A stretch of 49,675 nt of DNA from PVC group bacterium (GTDB lineage Bacteria; Auribacterota; Erginobacteria; Erginobacterales; Erginobacteraceae). Both the position numbers and the translations under genes were made by a program. The stretch covers positions 1 through 49,675 of the forward strand of contig JAZDIV010000151.1 of assembly GCA_043804695.1 (NCBI GenBank), given 5' to 3'. A model generated the notes under the pieces. That model saw only the letters and a program-made list of their open reading frames with translations, made no database searches and was not told the origin of the DNA. The stretch's first letter is position 1, and the number at the start of each line of letters is the position of its first letter. Below are positions 29,308 through 39,296 of the stretch, piece by piece.

Positions 29308-29478
29308 TGTAGGATCGTGATTCCTTCGGAATCACTTGTAGGAACTGCCCGTCTGCTATCGCCTGGGCGAAGCGATGGCGATCAGGTCGTATTGACTGCT
29401 ACAGGGAGGGCACTGTGGGAGGGCCATCTTGGCACGATTCCCGGCCACCCAGGATCGAGGTTAAAAACCTCTCCCACA
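29308..29478. repeat. Cluster of REP/REPIN-like palindromes between convergent genes
   Basis: TGTAGGA starts at 29308 and 29337; GTGATTCC-TTC-GGAATCAC hairpin; TGTGGGAG (29414) ... CTCCCACA (29471-29478) inverted pair. Confidence 0.6.
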
Positions 29479-29481
29479 ACG

Positions 29482-29526
29482 ACTGATCACTGATTACAGA
29501 TTACCGATTACTGATTACTGATTACC
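29482..29526. repeat. Heptamer tandem repeat (CTGATTA/CTGATCA)n
   Basis: ACTGATCACTGATTACAGATTACCGATTACTGATTACTGATTAC; related arrays at 30663-30760. Confidence 0.8.
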
Positions 29527-30609
29527 GGTCCTCCTCTCCAGTTCGGAAAATACGTCCGAATATCTCCCCGCGATCCGGTCCCAGCCGAAATTCCCGGCCA
29601 CGTGGCGCCGGGCTTTTTCTCCAAGTTCCTTCCGCTTTTTCGGATTTCTGATCAGGTCGAGCAGGGTGTCGATAAAGGCCCGGTTGTCGTCCCACGGGAG
29701 CAGGATCCCATTTTCGCCGGGCGTGACCGCCTCCTGTATTCCCTGGAGGCGGGAGGCGACCACCGGCAGCCCCGTCGCCCCCCCCTCGATGGCGACGATG
29801 CCGAAGCCCTCGATGTCGTCCGGGACCTCGACGTTTGGCATGACAAAGATGTCGGCGCAGCAGTAAAGGGCCTTCAGCCGGCCGTCGTCCATCGGGACGT
29901 CCCCCATCAGCAGGACGATATCTTCCAGTCCTTTCTCTCGGATGGTGTTTTCAATCGACTCCCGGAGCGGGCCGTCCCCGACGACCAGGTAGAGGATGTC
30001 AGGCGCTTTTTCGACCACCGCCGGGAGGATGTCTTTCACGAAACGGTCCACACCTTTCTTGGGGACGAGGCGTCCGACCGTGATCAGGACGCATCGTCCG
30101 CGGGTGTCGATCCCCAGCTTTTCGGCCGGGGGCGTGTCCTCCGTCCAGGTGAAATCATCGACATTCACGCCGTTGGGGATGACCCGGATGATCTCCGCCG
30201 GGACGCCGTACCCCCGGCAGACTTGTCCGAGCTGCCTGCTCACGCAGATCACCCGGTCCATCTTTCTCAGCGCCGCCGGGACGACCGTCAGGTAGCCGGG
30301 GAAGGCAAAGGCGATGTCCCGCCCGTGGATATTGACTGCCACCGGGACCCGGAGAAGTTTTTTCAGGACCAGGCCCATCGGGCTCATCAATCCGTCGGAG
30401 AGATAGATCAGGTCGATCTTGCCGCCCAGCCGGAGGAAGATGGCTTTGCCGAACGCGAAGAGCAGGAAAAACGGCATCAACGCCTGGGAGCGGCCCCAGG
30501 AGATGAGCCGGAACGGCCGATCTTTCTTCAGGTGCTCGATCAGCTTCTGGTTGAAGCGCTGCATCCCCCCGATCGAGGGCGCGTTCTTCCTGGTGATGTA
30601 TAACAGCAT
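29515..30609 (-). CDS. Glycosyltransferase family 4
   Basis: IGGMQ, VIPNGV, VGRLVPKKG, GDGP, EGFGIVAIE. Confidence 0.9.
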   Translation of the reverse strand: MLLYITRKNAPSIGGMQRFNQKLIEHLKKDRPFRLISWGRSQALMPFFLLFAFGKAIFLRLGGKIDLIYLSDGLMSPMGLVLKKLLRVPVAVNIHGRDIAFAFPGYLTVVPAALRKMDRVICVSRQLGQVCRGYGVPAEIIRVIPNGVNVDDFTWTEDTPPAEKLGIDTRGRCVLITVGRLVPKKGVDRFVKDILPAVVEKAPDILYLVVGDGPLRESIENTIREKGLEDIVLLMGDVPMDDGRLKALYCCADIFVMPNVEVPDDIEGFGIVAIEGGATGLPVVASRLQGIQEAVTPGENGILLPWDDNRAFIDTLLDLIRNPKKRKELGEKARRHVAGNFGWDRIAGRYSDVFSELERRTGNQ

Positions 30610-30662
30610 CTTAAAATAGTTACGTAAAGAATCGTAATCTAAGCACGGTAAACATTGTTTCC

Positions 30663-30760
30663 ACAGTAATCCGCAATCAGTGATCGGTTATCAGTAATCA
30701 GAAATGGAGCAACCCGGTAATCACTGATCACTGATTACTGATTACCAATTACTGATTACT
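30663..30760. repeat. Inverted heptamer arrays (CAGTAAT)n ... (ACTGATT)n
   Basis: CAGTAATCCGCAATCAGTGATCGGTTATCAGTAATCAG followed by ACTGATCACTGATTACTGATTACC. Confidence 0.7.
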
Positions 30761-32412
30761 TCCCCCTTTCTCCCCGTTACTAAATAAAGCTTCAGGGGGT
30801 AGAGATGGCCGGGGATGAAGGCGGCCCCCAGACGGCTCAGGGGGGAGAGCTGCACCGGTCCGGTCACGGCGGCCACTTCGTAATTATCGAGGATGAACGT
30901 TTCCACCAGGGGATCGGTCTGGCTGGCCGGGTAGGCGACCCGGTAGTCTCTCTGCTCCACCCGCCGGATGGCCTCGCCGATCGTATCGGCGGGGAACTGG
31001 GTCCCGTGGGTATAGACCATTCTCTCGGGGAAGACCAGCTTGTCCCAGTAATAGGTAAAGAAAACCGTGCGTTGATCGGTGTTGTCGAGGAGAAACCTCC
31101 GGCATTCCCGGTAGTACCGGCTCTGCATGACCGTTTCAATCGATCCGCCGGGGCCGATCAGGGCGACGGTGAGATTGAAACCCGCCAGTACCGTGAGCAG
31201 GCGGACGGAGGGATAGGAAAAGCGGGAGAGGACGCGGGCGGCGAAGAGGGGGAGGAGGCAGATGGCAGGCATCAGGTAGCGGAGAAAGGAGGAGTTGATC
31301 GTATACTCACCCAGTTCGTGCCCGAAGGTGGCGAAGTTGGAGAAGAAGCAGACGGAGATGACGAAAAGCCAGAAGTAATAGAGGTTGAACCGGACCGGGC
31401 GGTAGTCCCCGGCCCCGCCGGGCGCCTCCCCGGGGTTTTGATCTTGATCGAAGTCGGACCGCCCGCCGGCCGGATCCGGCTTTTCTCTCCGGGGGATGAA
31501 AAATCCGACCAGCGCCAGGACCAGGAGGGGACAGGCCAAGGTGAGCGAGAGGGGAGCGTTCTTGAGATGGAGAATCCAGATCCGGGGGTGAAAGTTCAGG
31601 TAGTCGATGATCCGGCGGATGCTGAGGGGGACTTTCGTGGTGATCTCGGTCTCGTTCGGGATGTGGGTGGCGGTATAGCTCAGGTTGAAGTAACCGCCGT
31701 AGATAAGCTTGTTGTAGATAAGCAGGCCGCCGCCGAAGAGCGCGATGATCACGGCCGAGACGATCAGGAACTTGCCGGATACTTTCCTCCGCTCGATCAA
31801 AAGCAGGAGCAGGAAAGTCGTCAGGTAGACGGCGTTGGTCGGCCGGATCCAGATCAGAGCCCCGGCGAAGACGCCGAAGAGCAGGTACGCCCCGAATCCC
31901 CGGTACCGGAGCGCCCGGAGGAGGAAACAGAGGGCCGCCAGAAAGACGGCCAGATTGAAGAGGTCCGCGTTATAGGCGTAGGCCCGGCGCAGAAAGACCG
32001 GGGTGGTGGCAAGGAGGATCACCGCCCGGATCGGCGTTTTGGCGGAGGGGAAAGTCTCCTTCCCGATCAAGAAGAGGAAGAGCAGCGAGATGACGGCGCA
32101 GAGGGGGTTGACCAGGCGGGAGGCCTGGTGTGGAAGGACCCGTTTCAGCCCCGCCCAGAAGATGATAAACCCGGGGAACTTCCGGGGGAAGGTCTCCCCG
32201 TTCTGGTGATAGACGAAGTAGCGGGGGGTGAAGCCATCCTCCCCGAAGATACCGTCCCCCGGCGGCCGGTAACCGAGGCGCCCGGTCGCGGCCAGGTGGG
32301 AGGAAAAGAAGTCGTACACCAGGTCGTCCGGCGAGATGACCTCGTCGCTGAAGAAGAAGAGCAGGCTGTAGCCGACCAGGGCGATCAGTAATACCAAGAA
32401 CAGTTTCATCAT
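30742..32412 (-). CDS. GT-C fold membrane glycosyltransferase (ArnT/PMT-like)
   Basis: N-terminal TM then SPDDLVY acidic loop, many TM helices, IRP, RYLMP; lies among GT genes. Confidence 0.7.
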   Translation of the reverse strand: MMKLFLVLLIALVGYSLLFFFSDEVISPDDLVYDFFSSHLAATGRLGYRPPGDGIFGEDGFTPRYFVYHQNGETFPRKFPGFIIFWAGLKRVLPHQASRLVNPLCAVISLLFLFLIGKETFPSAKTPIRAVILLATTPVFLRRAYAYNADLFNLAVFLAALCFLLRALRYRGFGAYLLFGVFAGALIWIRPTNAVYLTTFLLLLLIERRKVSGKFLIVSAVIIALFGGGLLIYNKLIYGGYFNLSYTATHIPNETEITTKVPLSIRRIIDYLNFHPRIWILHLKNAPLSLTLACPLLVLALVGFFIPRREKPDPAGGRSDFDQDQNPGEAPGGAGDYRPVRFNLYYFWLFVISVCFFSNFATFGHELGEYTINSSFLRYLMPAICLLPLFAARVLSRFSYPSVRLLTVLAGFNLTVALIGPGGSIETVMQSRYYRECRRFLLDNTDQRTVFFTYYWDKLVFPERMVYTHGTQFPADTIGEAIRRVEQRDYRVAYPASQTDPLVETFILDNYEVAAVTGPVQLSPLSRLGAAFIPGHLYPLKLYLVTGRKGEVISNW

Positions 32413-32537
32413 TATTTTTTCTCAACCTTTTCGAGTAAGCTAAAGCTAATGTATAATAAACGGGACGGCGCCGCAAGTTTAACCAGCCCCAATTTTAAAA
32501 GGCTGACTACTCACCATCAAGTAATACACTAAGTATA

Positions 32538-32567
32538 TTGACATACTTAAGTAATATGCGATATATT
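32538..32567 (+). promoter_or_regulatory. Sigma70-type promoter overlapped by a palindromic probable Rrf2 operator
   Basis: TTGACA (32538) then 18 nt then TATATT; TACTTAAGTA palindrome in the spacer and ATATT...AATAT dyad. Confidence 0.55.
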
Positions 32568-32574
32568 TAAAATA

Positions 32575-33015
32575 ATGAAAATGTCTACTCGAGGACGCTA
32601 TGGGTTGCGGGTAATGGTGGAACTGGCCATCAATTTCGGGCACGGTCCGGTTCCCGTTGAGACCATTGCGAAAAACCAAGAAATTTCAGGCAAATATATT
32701 CACGTGCTTGCGATTGTTCTTCGCTCCGCCGGACTTATCCGGGCGGTCCGGGGACCGAGCGGCGGATATAAGTTGGCCCGCCCTCCATCGAAAATCACCG
32801 CACTCGAGGTGGTTTCAGTCCTGGAAGGGAAAAACGTCCCGGTCGAATGCGTCGCCGACGCTTTATCCTGTCCGCGGGCGGCCCGTTGCGCCACCCGGGA
32901 CGTATGGTGCGAGGTCGCTTCCGCGGTGGACAGCGTCCTATCGGGACTGACCCTGGAGCAGCTCGCGGCGCGGCAGCGGGCCAAGCATGATGACGCAGTG
33001 ACCTACCATATCTAA
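32575..33015 (+). CDS. Rrf2-family transcriptional regulator (IscR/CymR-like, three Cys)
   Basis: [24 protein letters not shown]-x6-C-x5-C. Confidence 0.9.
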   Translation: MKMSTRGRYGLRVMVELAINFGHGPVPVETIAKNQEISGKYIHVLAIVLRSAGLIRAVRGPSGGYKLARPPSKITALEVVSVLEGKNVPVECVADALSCPRAARCATRDVWCEVASAVDSVLSGLTLEQLAARQRAKHDDAVTYHI

Positions 33016-33029
33016 AAAGGAGAACCGCC

Positions 33030-33995
33030 ATGCAAAAAATCTACCAGGACAACAGCCTGACCATCGGCGATACGCCGCTGGTGCGCATCAACAAGATCAC
33101 CCAGGGCTTCCCGGCCACCGTGCTCGCCAAGATTGAGGGCCAGAACCCTTCTTATTCGGTCAAATGCCGCATCGGGGCTTCCATGATCTGGGACGCCGAG
33201 CAACGGGGGATTCTCCAGCCCGGGTCGCCAGACATCACGGTATTGGAACCCACCAGCGGCAATACGGGCATCGCCCTGGCCTTTGTCTGCGCTTTGCGCG
33301 GCTACCCCCTTCTTTTGACGATGCCGGAGACGATGTCGCTTGAACGCCGCCGGATGCTGGCGGCCTTTGGGGCCAAGCTCGTGCTGACTGAGGGGGCCAA
33401 GGGGATGAAAGGCGCGGTGGCCAAAGCCGAGGAGATCGTCGCCTCCGACCCGGCGAGGTATTTCATGCCCCAGCAGTTCAAGAACCCGGCCAACCCGGAG
33501 ATCCATTTCCGGACGACCGGCCCCGAGATCTGGGACGACACCGCCGGCGCGGTCGATATCTTCGTCTCCGGCGTCGGCACCGGCGGGACCATCACGGGCG
33601 TCAGCCGTTATATCAAGCAGGTCCGGAAAAAACCGATCTGGTCGGTAGCGGTGGAGCCGATCCACTCACCGGTGCTCACGGCCATCCGCAATGGCCAGAC
33701 CCCGCAACCCGGGCCGCACAAGATCCAGGGCATCGGGGCGGGTTTCAAGCCGGACGTACTTGACTTAAGCCTCGTCGATGAGATCGCCACGGTTTCCAAT
33801 GATGAATCTATCGAATACGCGCGCCGCCTGCATAAGGAAGAGGGGATCACCTGCGGCATCTCCAGCGGGGCCGCTCTGGCCGTCTCCGCCAGGTTCGCGA
33901 AGGATCCGAACAACCAGGGCAAGCTGATCGTCACCATACTCCCCGACGCCGGCGAACGGTATCTGAGCACCGCGCTTTTTGAAGAGATCAAGTAA
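33030..33995 (+). CDS. cysK: Cysteine synthase A
   Basis: [10 protein letters not shown] (PLP Lys), [28 protein letters not shown]. Confidence 0.95.
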   Translation: MQKIYQDNSLTIGDTPLVRINKITQGFPATVLAKIEGQNPSYSVKCRIGASMIWDAEQRGILQPGSPDITVLEPTSGNTGIALAFVCALRGYPLLLTMPETMSLERRRMLAAFGAKLVLTEGAKGMKGAVAKAEEIVASDPARYFMPQQFKNPANPEIHFRTTGPEIWDDTAGAVDIFVSGVGTGGTITGVSRYIKQVRKKPIWSVAVEPIHSPVLTAIRNGQTPQPGPHKIQGIGAGFKPDVLDLSLVDEIATVSNDESIEYARRLHKEEGITCGISSGAALAVSARFAKDPNNQGKLIVTILPDAGERYLSTALFEEIK

Positions 33996-33999
33996 CCCG

Positions 34000-35031
34000 A
34001 TGACGACGCGAATGCCGGCCCTCGCGCTTGGGCGGGTGAAGGCTGTCGCCCTCCTCTCGGGAGGGCTCGACAGCACTCTCGCCATCAGGGCGCTCCTGGA
34101 TCAGGGCGTGGAGGTGCTGGCGCTGAATTTCGTCGGCCCCTTCTGCACCTGCAGCCCGCGCCGCGAAAGCGGATGCCACCTCGCCGTGAGGGTGGCCCGG
34201 CGTCTGGGCGTGGAGATCCGCGTGGTCAGCAAGGGGATGGATTATCTCAAGATAATCGAACGTCCGCGCTTCGGCCGCGGGCGCGGGTTGAACCCCTGCA
34301 TTGACTGCCGCATCTATATGCTGCGCAAGGCCGCCGCGCTCATGGAGGAGGTCGGCGCCGTCTTTGTAGTGACCGGTGAAGTGCTGGGGCAGCGGCCGAT
34401 GTCCCAGCATCGCGCCGCTTTAGATCTTGCCGAACGCGAAAGCGGGCTCGAGGGCAGGTTAGTACGGCCTCTCAGCGCCCATCTCCTCGATGCAACGATC
34501 CCCGAGCGGGAAGGTTGGCTGCGGCGCGACCGGCTTTCCGGCATCCAGGGTCGAGGGCGGGGGGTGCAATTGAATCTGGCGCGGAAACATAACCTCGATG
34601 TTTTCGGATGTCCCGCGGGGGGGTGCCTCCTCACCGACCCGGTGATCTCGCGGCGCCTCCAAGATATGTTCGAACGCTGCCCGGGCTGGGATCTTCGAGA
34701 TGCCGGGCTCGCTACATTCGGAAGGCACCTTCGTCTCCATGACCGCCTGAAGGTTGTTCTCGGCCGCGATGAGAGCGAAAACGCGCGGCTGGTCGAACTG
34801 GACGCTCGGTGGCCCCGGGTCGAGTTCGTTTCCGCGCCGGGGCCGACGGCCGTCCTGCGCGGCGGCTACGACGACCGGGATCTCGCGACGGTGGGGCGTC
34901 TGCTCCGCTTCTTCGCCAAGAAGGCGACCGGACCGGAGGTGGAGGTGCATCTGCGCGATGGCGATCGCCGGATCGCGTGGTTCGCCAAAGAATGCGCCAC
35001 CGGCGAGGAGGTCGCGCGATGGACCATCTGA
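34000..35031 (+). CDS. PP-loop thiouridylase-like protein (ThiI/MnmA-related, no THUMP domain)
   Basis: SGGLDS PP-loop, FCTC, NPCIDCRIYM, TGEVLGQRPMSQ, PAGGCLLT. Confidence 0.8.
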   Translation: MTTRMPALALGRVKAVALLSGGLDSTLAIRALLDQGVEVLALNFVGPFCTCSPRRESGCHLAVRVARRLGVEIRVVSKGMDYLKIIERPRFGRGRGLNPCIDCRIYMLRKAAALMEEVGAVFVVTGEVLGQRPMSQHRAALDLAERESGLEGRLVRPLSAHLLDATIPEREGWLRRDRLSGIQGRGRGVQLNLARKHNLDVFGCPAGGCLLTDPVISRRLQDMFERCPGWDLRDAGLATFGRHLRLHDRLKVVLGRDESENARLVELDARWPRVEFVSAPGPTAVLRGGYDDRDLATVGRLLRFFAKKATGPEVEVHLRDGDRRIAWFAKECATGEEVARWTI

Positions 35032-35966
35032 CCAACGGCGAATCGCCCATGACTTTCGCGGACGGATGCGCGGGTTCGCTGGCCGAGATCGGCGACGGAC
35101 GCGAAACCGTCGACCTGTCTCCCCTGGAGGCGGCGCTCAAGTGCCGCGATCAAGGCGAGCCGGCGGCGCTGGTGACCATCATCGGCGCCTCGGGATCCGC
35201 TCCCCGGTCCATGGGATCCCTGATGGCGGTGCGGAAGGACGGGTCCATCATCGGGACCGTCGGCGGCGGCAACCTGGAGCTGTTCGCGATCCGCCACGCG
35301 CTGGCGTCCTTGAAAGACGGACGTCCCCGGCGACTGCACTATGACTTCAGCGGGGGGACGGGGCAGAACGTCGAAAAACCCTGTTGCGGGACGACGGACT
35401 TCTTCATCCAGCCGATCCTCGAGACGCCGCGCCTGGTGATCTTCGGCGCGGGGCACGTCGGGCGCGCCCTGGCCCCCCTGGCCCTCTCCTGCGGCTTCGC
35501 GGTGACAGTCGCCGATGACCGGCCGGAGTACCTGGACGCCGCCCGGTTCCCGGCCGGGGTCGGTTTCCAATGCGGTCCCTTCTCCGAGACGGCGGCCGCC
35601 ATCCCCTTCGACGGCGCCACTTACGCGGTCATCATGACCTATGGTCACATCCACGACGAAACGGCGCTGGGAGCGTGCCTGGAGCGGCCGTGGCGCTACC
35701 TCGGTCTGGTCGGCAGCCGGGCGAAGGTGGCGACGCTCAAGGAGTGCCTGGGGACGACGGCCGCGGCGCGGGAGAAGCTCGCACGGATCCATGCGCCGGT
35801 GGGCCTTGACCTCGGCGGGCGAACGCCGGCCGAGATCGCGGTGGCCATCATGAGCGAGATCCTCGCGGTGCGCCACGGCCGCGAGAACGTTCGCTCCCTG
35901 GCCGTCGCTGGTTCGAGAGATGGAGGAACGGGCGAACCCGGCAAGGAGCATGACACCGTGTCATGA
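35019..35966 (+). CDS. XdhC/CoxI-family molybdenum hydroxylase maturation factor
   Basis: GSAPR, GTVGGGNLE, IFGAGHVG, DDRPEY, YLGLVGSR, APVGLDLGGRTPAEIAVAI. Confidence 0.9.
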   Translation: MDHLTNGESPMTFADGCAGSLAEIGDGRETVDLSPLEAALKCRDQGEPAALVTIIGASGSAPRSMGSLMAVRKDGSIIGTVGGGNLELFAIRHALASLKDGRPRRLHYDFSGGTGQNVEKPCCGTTDFFIQPILETPRLVIFGAGHVGRALAPLALSCGFAVTVADDRPEYLDAARFPAGVGFQCGPFSETAAAIPFDGATYAVIMTYGHIHDETALGACLERPWRYLGLVGSRAKVATLKECLGTTAAAREKLARIHAPVGLDLGGRTPAEIAVAIMSEILAVRHGRENVRSLAVAGSRDGGTGEPGKEHDTVS

Positions 35967-37111
35967 CCGCCGTCTACCTCGATTACAACGCGACCACTCC
36001 GCTTGACCCCGAGGCGCGGGCGGAGATGGACGCCTGTCTCGACCGGTCGTTCGCCAACCCGTCGAGCATCCACGCGGCCGGACGCGAGGCTCGCCGGATC
36101 GTCGATATGGCGCGGGAGCGGGTGGCGCGCCTGATCGGCGCCCGCCCCGAGGAGATCATCTTCACCGGCGGCGGCACCGAGGCGAACAATCTTGCCATCC
36201 TCGGCGGCCTGGCGGCGCCGGAGGGGAAACGCCGCCGCATTCTGACCACCGCGATCGAGCATCAGGCGGTGCTCAACCCCTGTCGCCACCTTGAAAAGTC
36301 GGGATGGGCGGTCACGTTCCTGCCGGTCGATCGCCAGGGACGTCTTGATCCCGCGACCGTATCCGCCGCGCTGGGCGAGGACACCGCGCTCGTTTCGGTG
36401 ATGCTGGCCAACAACGATATCGGGACGGTTGAGCCCGTGGCCGAGATCTCGCCGTTGGCCCGGGCCCGGGGCGTCCTTTTTCATACGGACGCCGTTCAAG
36501 CCGCAGGGAAGATACCGGTGGACGTGAAGAAACTTGGCGTGGATCTGCTGTCGTTTTCCGCCCACAAACTGCACGGCCCCAAGGGGGCGGGGGCGCTCTG
36601 GGTCCGCGCGGGGACAAGATTGTTTCCACTCTTTTTCGGGGGCCACCAGGAGCGGGGGTTGAGACCCGGCACCGAAAACGTCGCTGCCATCGCCGGGTTC
36701 GGCAAGGCCTGCGAGCTGGCGGCGGCGCGGCGGGAGGAGGATGCGGCGCGCCTTACCGCTCTGCGGGCCGCTTTCGAGGAGGCGGTCCGGCGGGGGATCA
36801 GCGGGGCGGTCATCAACGGGGAGGGAGCGGAAAGGCTGCCGAACACCTCGAACATCTGCTTCGACGGTCTGGACGGCGAGCTTCTCGTGATCAACCTGGA
36901 CTTGCTCGGCGTGGAGGCCTCCACCGGCGCGGCCTGCGGCGCTGGCAGCCGCGAACCATCCCACGTGCTTCTCGCCCTGGGCCGGTCCGCCCCGGAAGCT
37001 CGCTCGGCCGTCCGTTTCTCCTTCGGCCGCGGGACCACCACCGACGAGGCGACGCGCGCGTTCGAAACGCTGCGCCGCGCGATTAAGAACATGCGGGAAA
37101 GCCGGCGATGA
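35963..37111 (+). CDS. iscS: Cysteine desulfurase (IscS/NifS class I)
   Basis: YLDYNATT, HTDAVQ, SAHKLHGPKG, RPGTEN, STGAAC catalytic Cys. Confidence 0.9.
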   Translation: MTAVYLDYNATTPLDPEARAEMDACLDRSFANPSSIHAAGREARRIVDMARERVARLIGARPEEIIFTGGGTEANNLAILGGLAAPEGKRRRILTTAIEHQAVLNPCRHLEKSGWAVTFLPVDRQGRLDPATVSAALGEDTALVSVMLANNDIGTVEPVAEISPLARARGVLFHTDAVQAAGKIPVDVKKLGVDLLSFSAHKLHGPKGAGALWVRAGTRLFPLFFGGHQERGLRPGTENVAAIAGFGKACELAAARREEDAARLTALRAAFEEAVRRGISGAVINGEGAERLPNTSNICFDGLDGELLVINLDLLGVEASTGAACGAGSREPSHVLLALGRSAPEARSAVRFSFGRGTTTDEATRAFETLRRAIKNMRESRR

Positions 37112-38220
37112 GCCCCAACCTTCAATGGGGCGAGCCCCCCAAGGCATCGCCGGTCGTCGCCGCCATGAGCGGCGGGGTGGACAGCTCCGTCGCCGCCGCC
37201 CTGCTTCACCAGGCCGGCCACGAAGTCATCGGCGTCACCTTGAAGCTTCAGGATTGCCGCGAAGCCCGCGGAAGCCGGTCGTGCTGCGGGATCGACGGCG
37301 GCGCCCGGGCCCGGGCGGTGGCCGGGCATCTCGGCATTCCGCACTACGTCCTCGACTGCGCGCGCGAGTTCGGCGAAGAGGTCCTGCGCCCGGCCTGGAA
37401 CGAGTACGCCGCCGGACGGACGCCGAGCCCCTGCCTGTTTTGCAACGAACGCATCAAGTTCGGCCTGCTCCTCGCCTGGGCGCGGCGACTCGGGGCTTCG
37501 CTGATCGCGACGGGTCACTATGCGCGCATCGCGCCGGATGGACGAGGCGAGCCGTCTCTGCTTCGGGGGGAAGATCGGGAGAAGGACCAATCCTATTTTT
37601 TGGCCGGTCTCAGTATCGATCAGCTCCGATCCGTTCTTTTCCCAATCGGCCGCCGGCGTAAGCATGAGGTGCGCGAGCTGGCGCGATCGGCCGGTCTGCC
37701 CAACGCCGACTCCCCCGACAGCCAGGACGCCTGTCTCGTCGGGCCGGATCAATCCTTCGCGGAGATGCTCCGCGAGCGCTTCCAGGCCGAGGCCAGACCG
37801 GGATCGATCGTCACGAGTGACGGCCGCGTGCTGGGGCGGCATCCGGGGATCCATCGCTTCACCGTCGGGCAACGCCGGGGCCTCGACGTCCGGTCGAGCC
37901 GGCCCTATTGGGTGAAGTCGGTCCAGGCCGAAACGGCGTCAGTCGTCGTTACCGAGGACGAGGACGAGCTCTTCACGGATCGGCTGGTGGTTGCCGGGAT
38001 CAACTGGCTGGGCGAGGGCGCGGCCAGCGCTTCCACAGCCTGTCAAGTCCAGGTTCGCTCCCGTCAGGAGCCTGAGCCTGCGGCGCTAAAGATGCTCGGC
38101 GCCGGCGTGGCGCGGGTTATCTTCGCGAGACCGGTCCGAGCCGTCACGCCGGGGCAGGCCGCGGTTTTTTACGACGGGGCGCGGGTTCTCGGAAGGGGGT
38201 GGATTCATGGAACCGGGTGA
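37108..38220 (+). CDS. mnmA: tRNA 2-thiouridylase MnmA (Cys-rich type)
   Basis: AMSGGVDSS, SCC, TPSPCLFCNERIKF, ATGHYA, KDQSYFL, DSQDAC, TVGQRRG, TPGQAAVFY. Confidence 0.95.
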   Translation: MSPNLQWGEPPKASPVVAAMSGGVDSSVAAALLHQAGHEVIGVTLKLQDCREARGSRSCCGIDGGARARAVAGHLGIPHYVLDCAREFGEEVLRPAWNEYAAGRTPSPCLFCNERIKFGLLLAWARRLGASLIATGHYARIAPDGRGEPSLLRGEDREKDQSYFLAGLSIDQLRSVLFPIGRRRKHEVRELARSAGLPNADSPDSQDACLVGPDQSFAEMLRERFQAEARPGSIVTSDGRVLGRHPGIHRFTVGQRRGLDVRSSRPYWVKSVQAETASVVVTEDEDELFTDRLVVAGINWLGEGAASASTACQVQVRSRQEPEPAALKMLGAGVARVIFARPVRAVTPGQAAVFYDGARVLGRGWIHGTG

Positions 38221-39259
38221 AAGCAAAACCGCCGAGACAACCCGTATCGGGGGCCGGTACGCCCGCCAGTCCGTGCTGGGCGTCATCGGCCCGGAAGGAC
38301 AGCGGCGGCTCGAAATGAGTTCGGTCCTGATCGTCGGGTGCGGAGCGCTGGGAAGCATGCAGGCGGAATTGGCCGCCCGCGCCGGGGTCGGGAGATTGAT
38401 CATCGTCGACCGGGACATCCTCGATCTCCACAACCTCCAGCGCCAGCTCCTTTTTGACGAAGAGGACGTCCGCGCTCGGCTGCCGAAAGCCGTGGCGGCG
38501 GAGCGCCGCTTGAAGAAGGTAAACTCCGAAATCCAAATCGAGGGGTTGGTGAGCGATGTCACCCCGGCCAACATCAGAGATCTCATTCGACCCGCGGACC
38601 TGGTGCTCGACGGTACGGATAACTTCGAGACGCGCTACCTGATCAATGACGCCGCCGTCCAGGCAGGCAAACCGTGGATCTACGGCGGAGTTCTGGAAAC
38701 CGACGGGGCCGTAATGGCCGTGCGTCCCAGAACAGGCCCGTGCTTCCGCTGCGTTTTCCCGGAGCCCCCCGAGGCCGGCGCGCTCCCGACCTGCGAGACG
38801 CAGGGGGTCCTCAACACGGCCGTGGTTTGGGTGGCCGCTCTTCAGGTCACCGAGGCGTTCAAGATCCTGATCGGCGATCCGGCGGCGGAGTTCCGCTTGT
38901 ACGCCGTGGACATCTGGGGAGGATCGGTCACTTCGGTGAGCGTGAAGCGGAGTGAAGATTGCGTGTGCTGTGGTCAGCATCGCTTCGAGTATCTCGATTC
39001 CAAGCGGGGGTCCTCTTCCACGGTCTTCTGCGGCCGGAACGCGGTCCAGGTGACGCCGGAACGGCCAACGGCGTTGGATTTCACGGAGCTTTCCCCGAGG
39101 CTTCAGCCGCTCGGCCCCGTGACTGTCAATGGGCTCGTGCTCGAGTTCACGACGGATGAGCACCGCCTGGTGGTCTTTCCCGACGGGCGGGTACTGGTTA
39201 TGGGCACCACGAACACCGCCGAGGCCAGGAGCCTCGTGGCAAAGTACATCGGGAGCTAG
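38207..39259 (+). CDS. ThiF/MoeB-family sulfur-carrier adenylyltransferase
   Basis: RYARQ, GCGALGS, NLQRQ, TDNFETRYLIND, PCFRC, TCETQGV, CVCC, LVVFPDGR. Confidence 0.9.
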   Translation: MEPGESKTAETTRIGGRYARQSVLGVIGPEGQRRLEMSSVLIVGCGALGSMQAELAARAGVGRLIIVDRDILDLHNLQRQLLFDEEDVRARLPKAVAAERRLKKVNSEIQIEGLVSDVTPANIRDLIRPADLVLDGTDNFETRYLINDAAVQAGKPWIYGGVLETDGAVMAVRPRTGPCFRCVFPEPPEAGALPTCETQGVLNTAVVWVAALQVTEAFKILIGDPAAEFRLYAVDIWGGSVTSVSVKRSEDCVCCGQHRFEYLDSKRGSSSTVFCGRNAVQVTPERPTALDFTELSPRLQPLGPVTVNGLVLEFTTDEHRLVVFPDGRVLVMGTTNTAEARSLVAKYIGS

Positions 39260-39296
39260 GCGACTGGACGACTAAGCGACCGGAGGACCGAGCGGA

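Noticed and set aside
29602..32391. Plus-strand ORFs 29602-30603 and 30805-32391
   Set aside because: Antisense to well-supported glycosyltransferase genes
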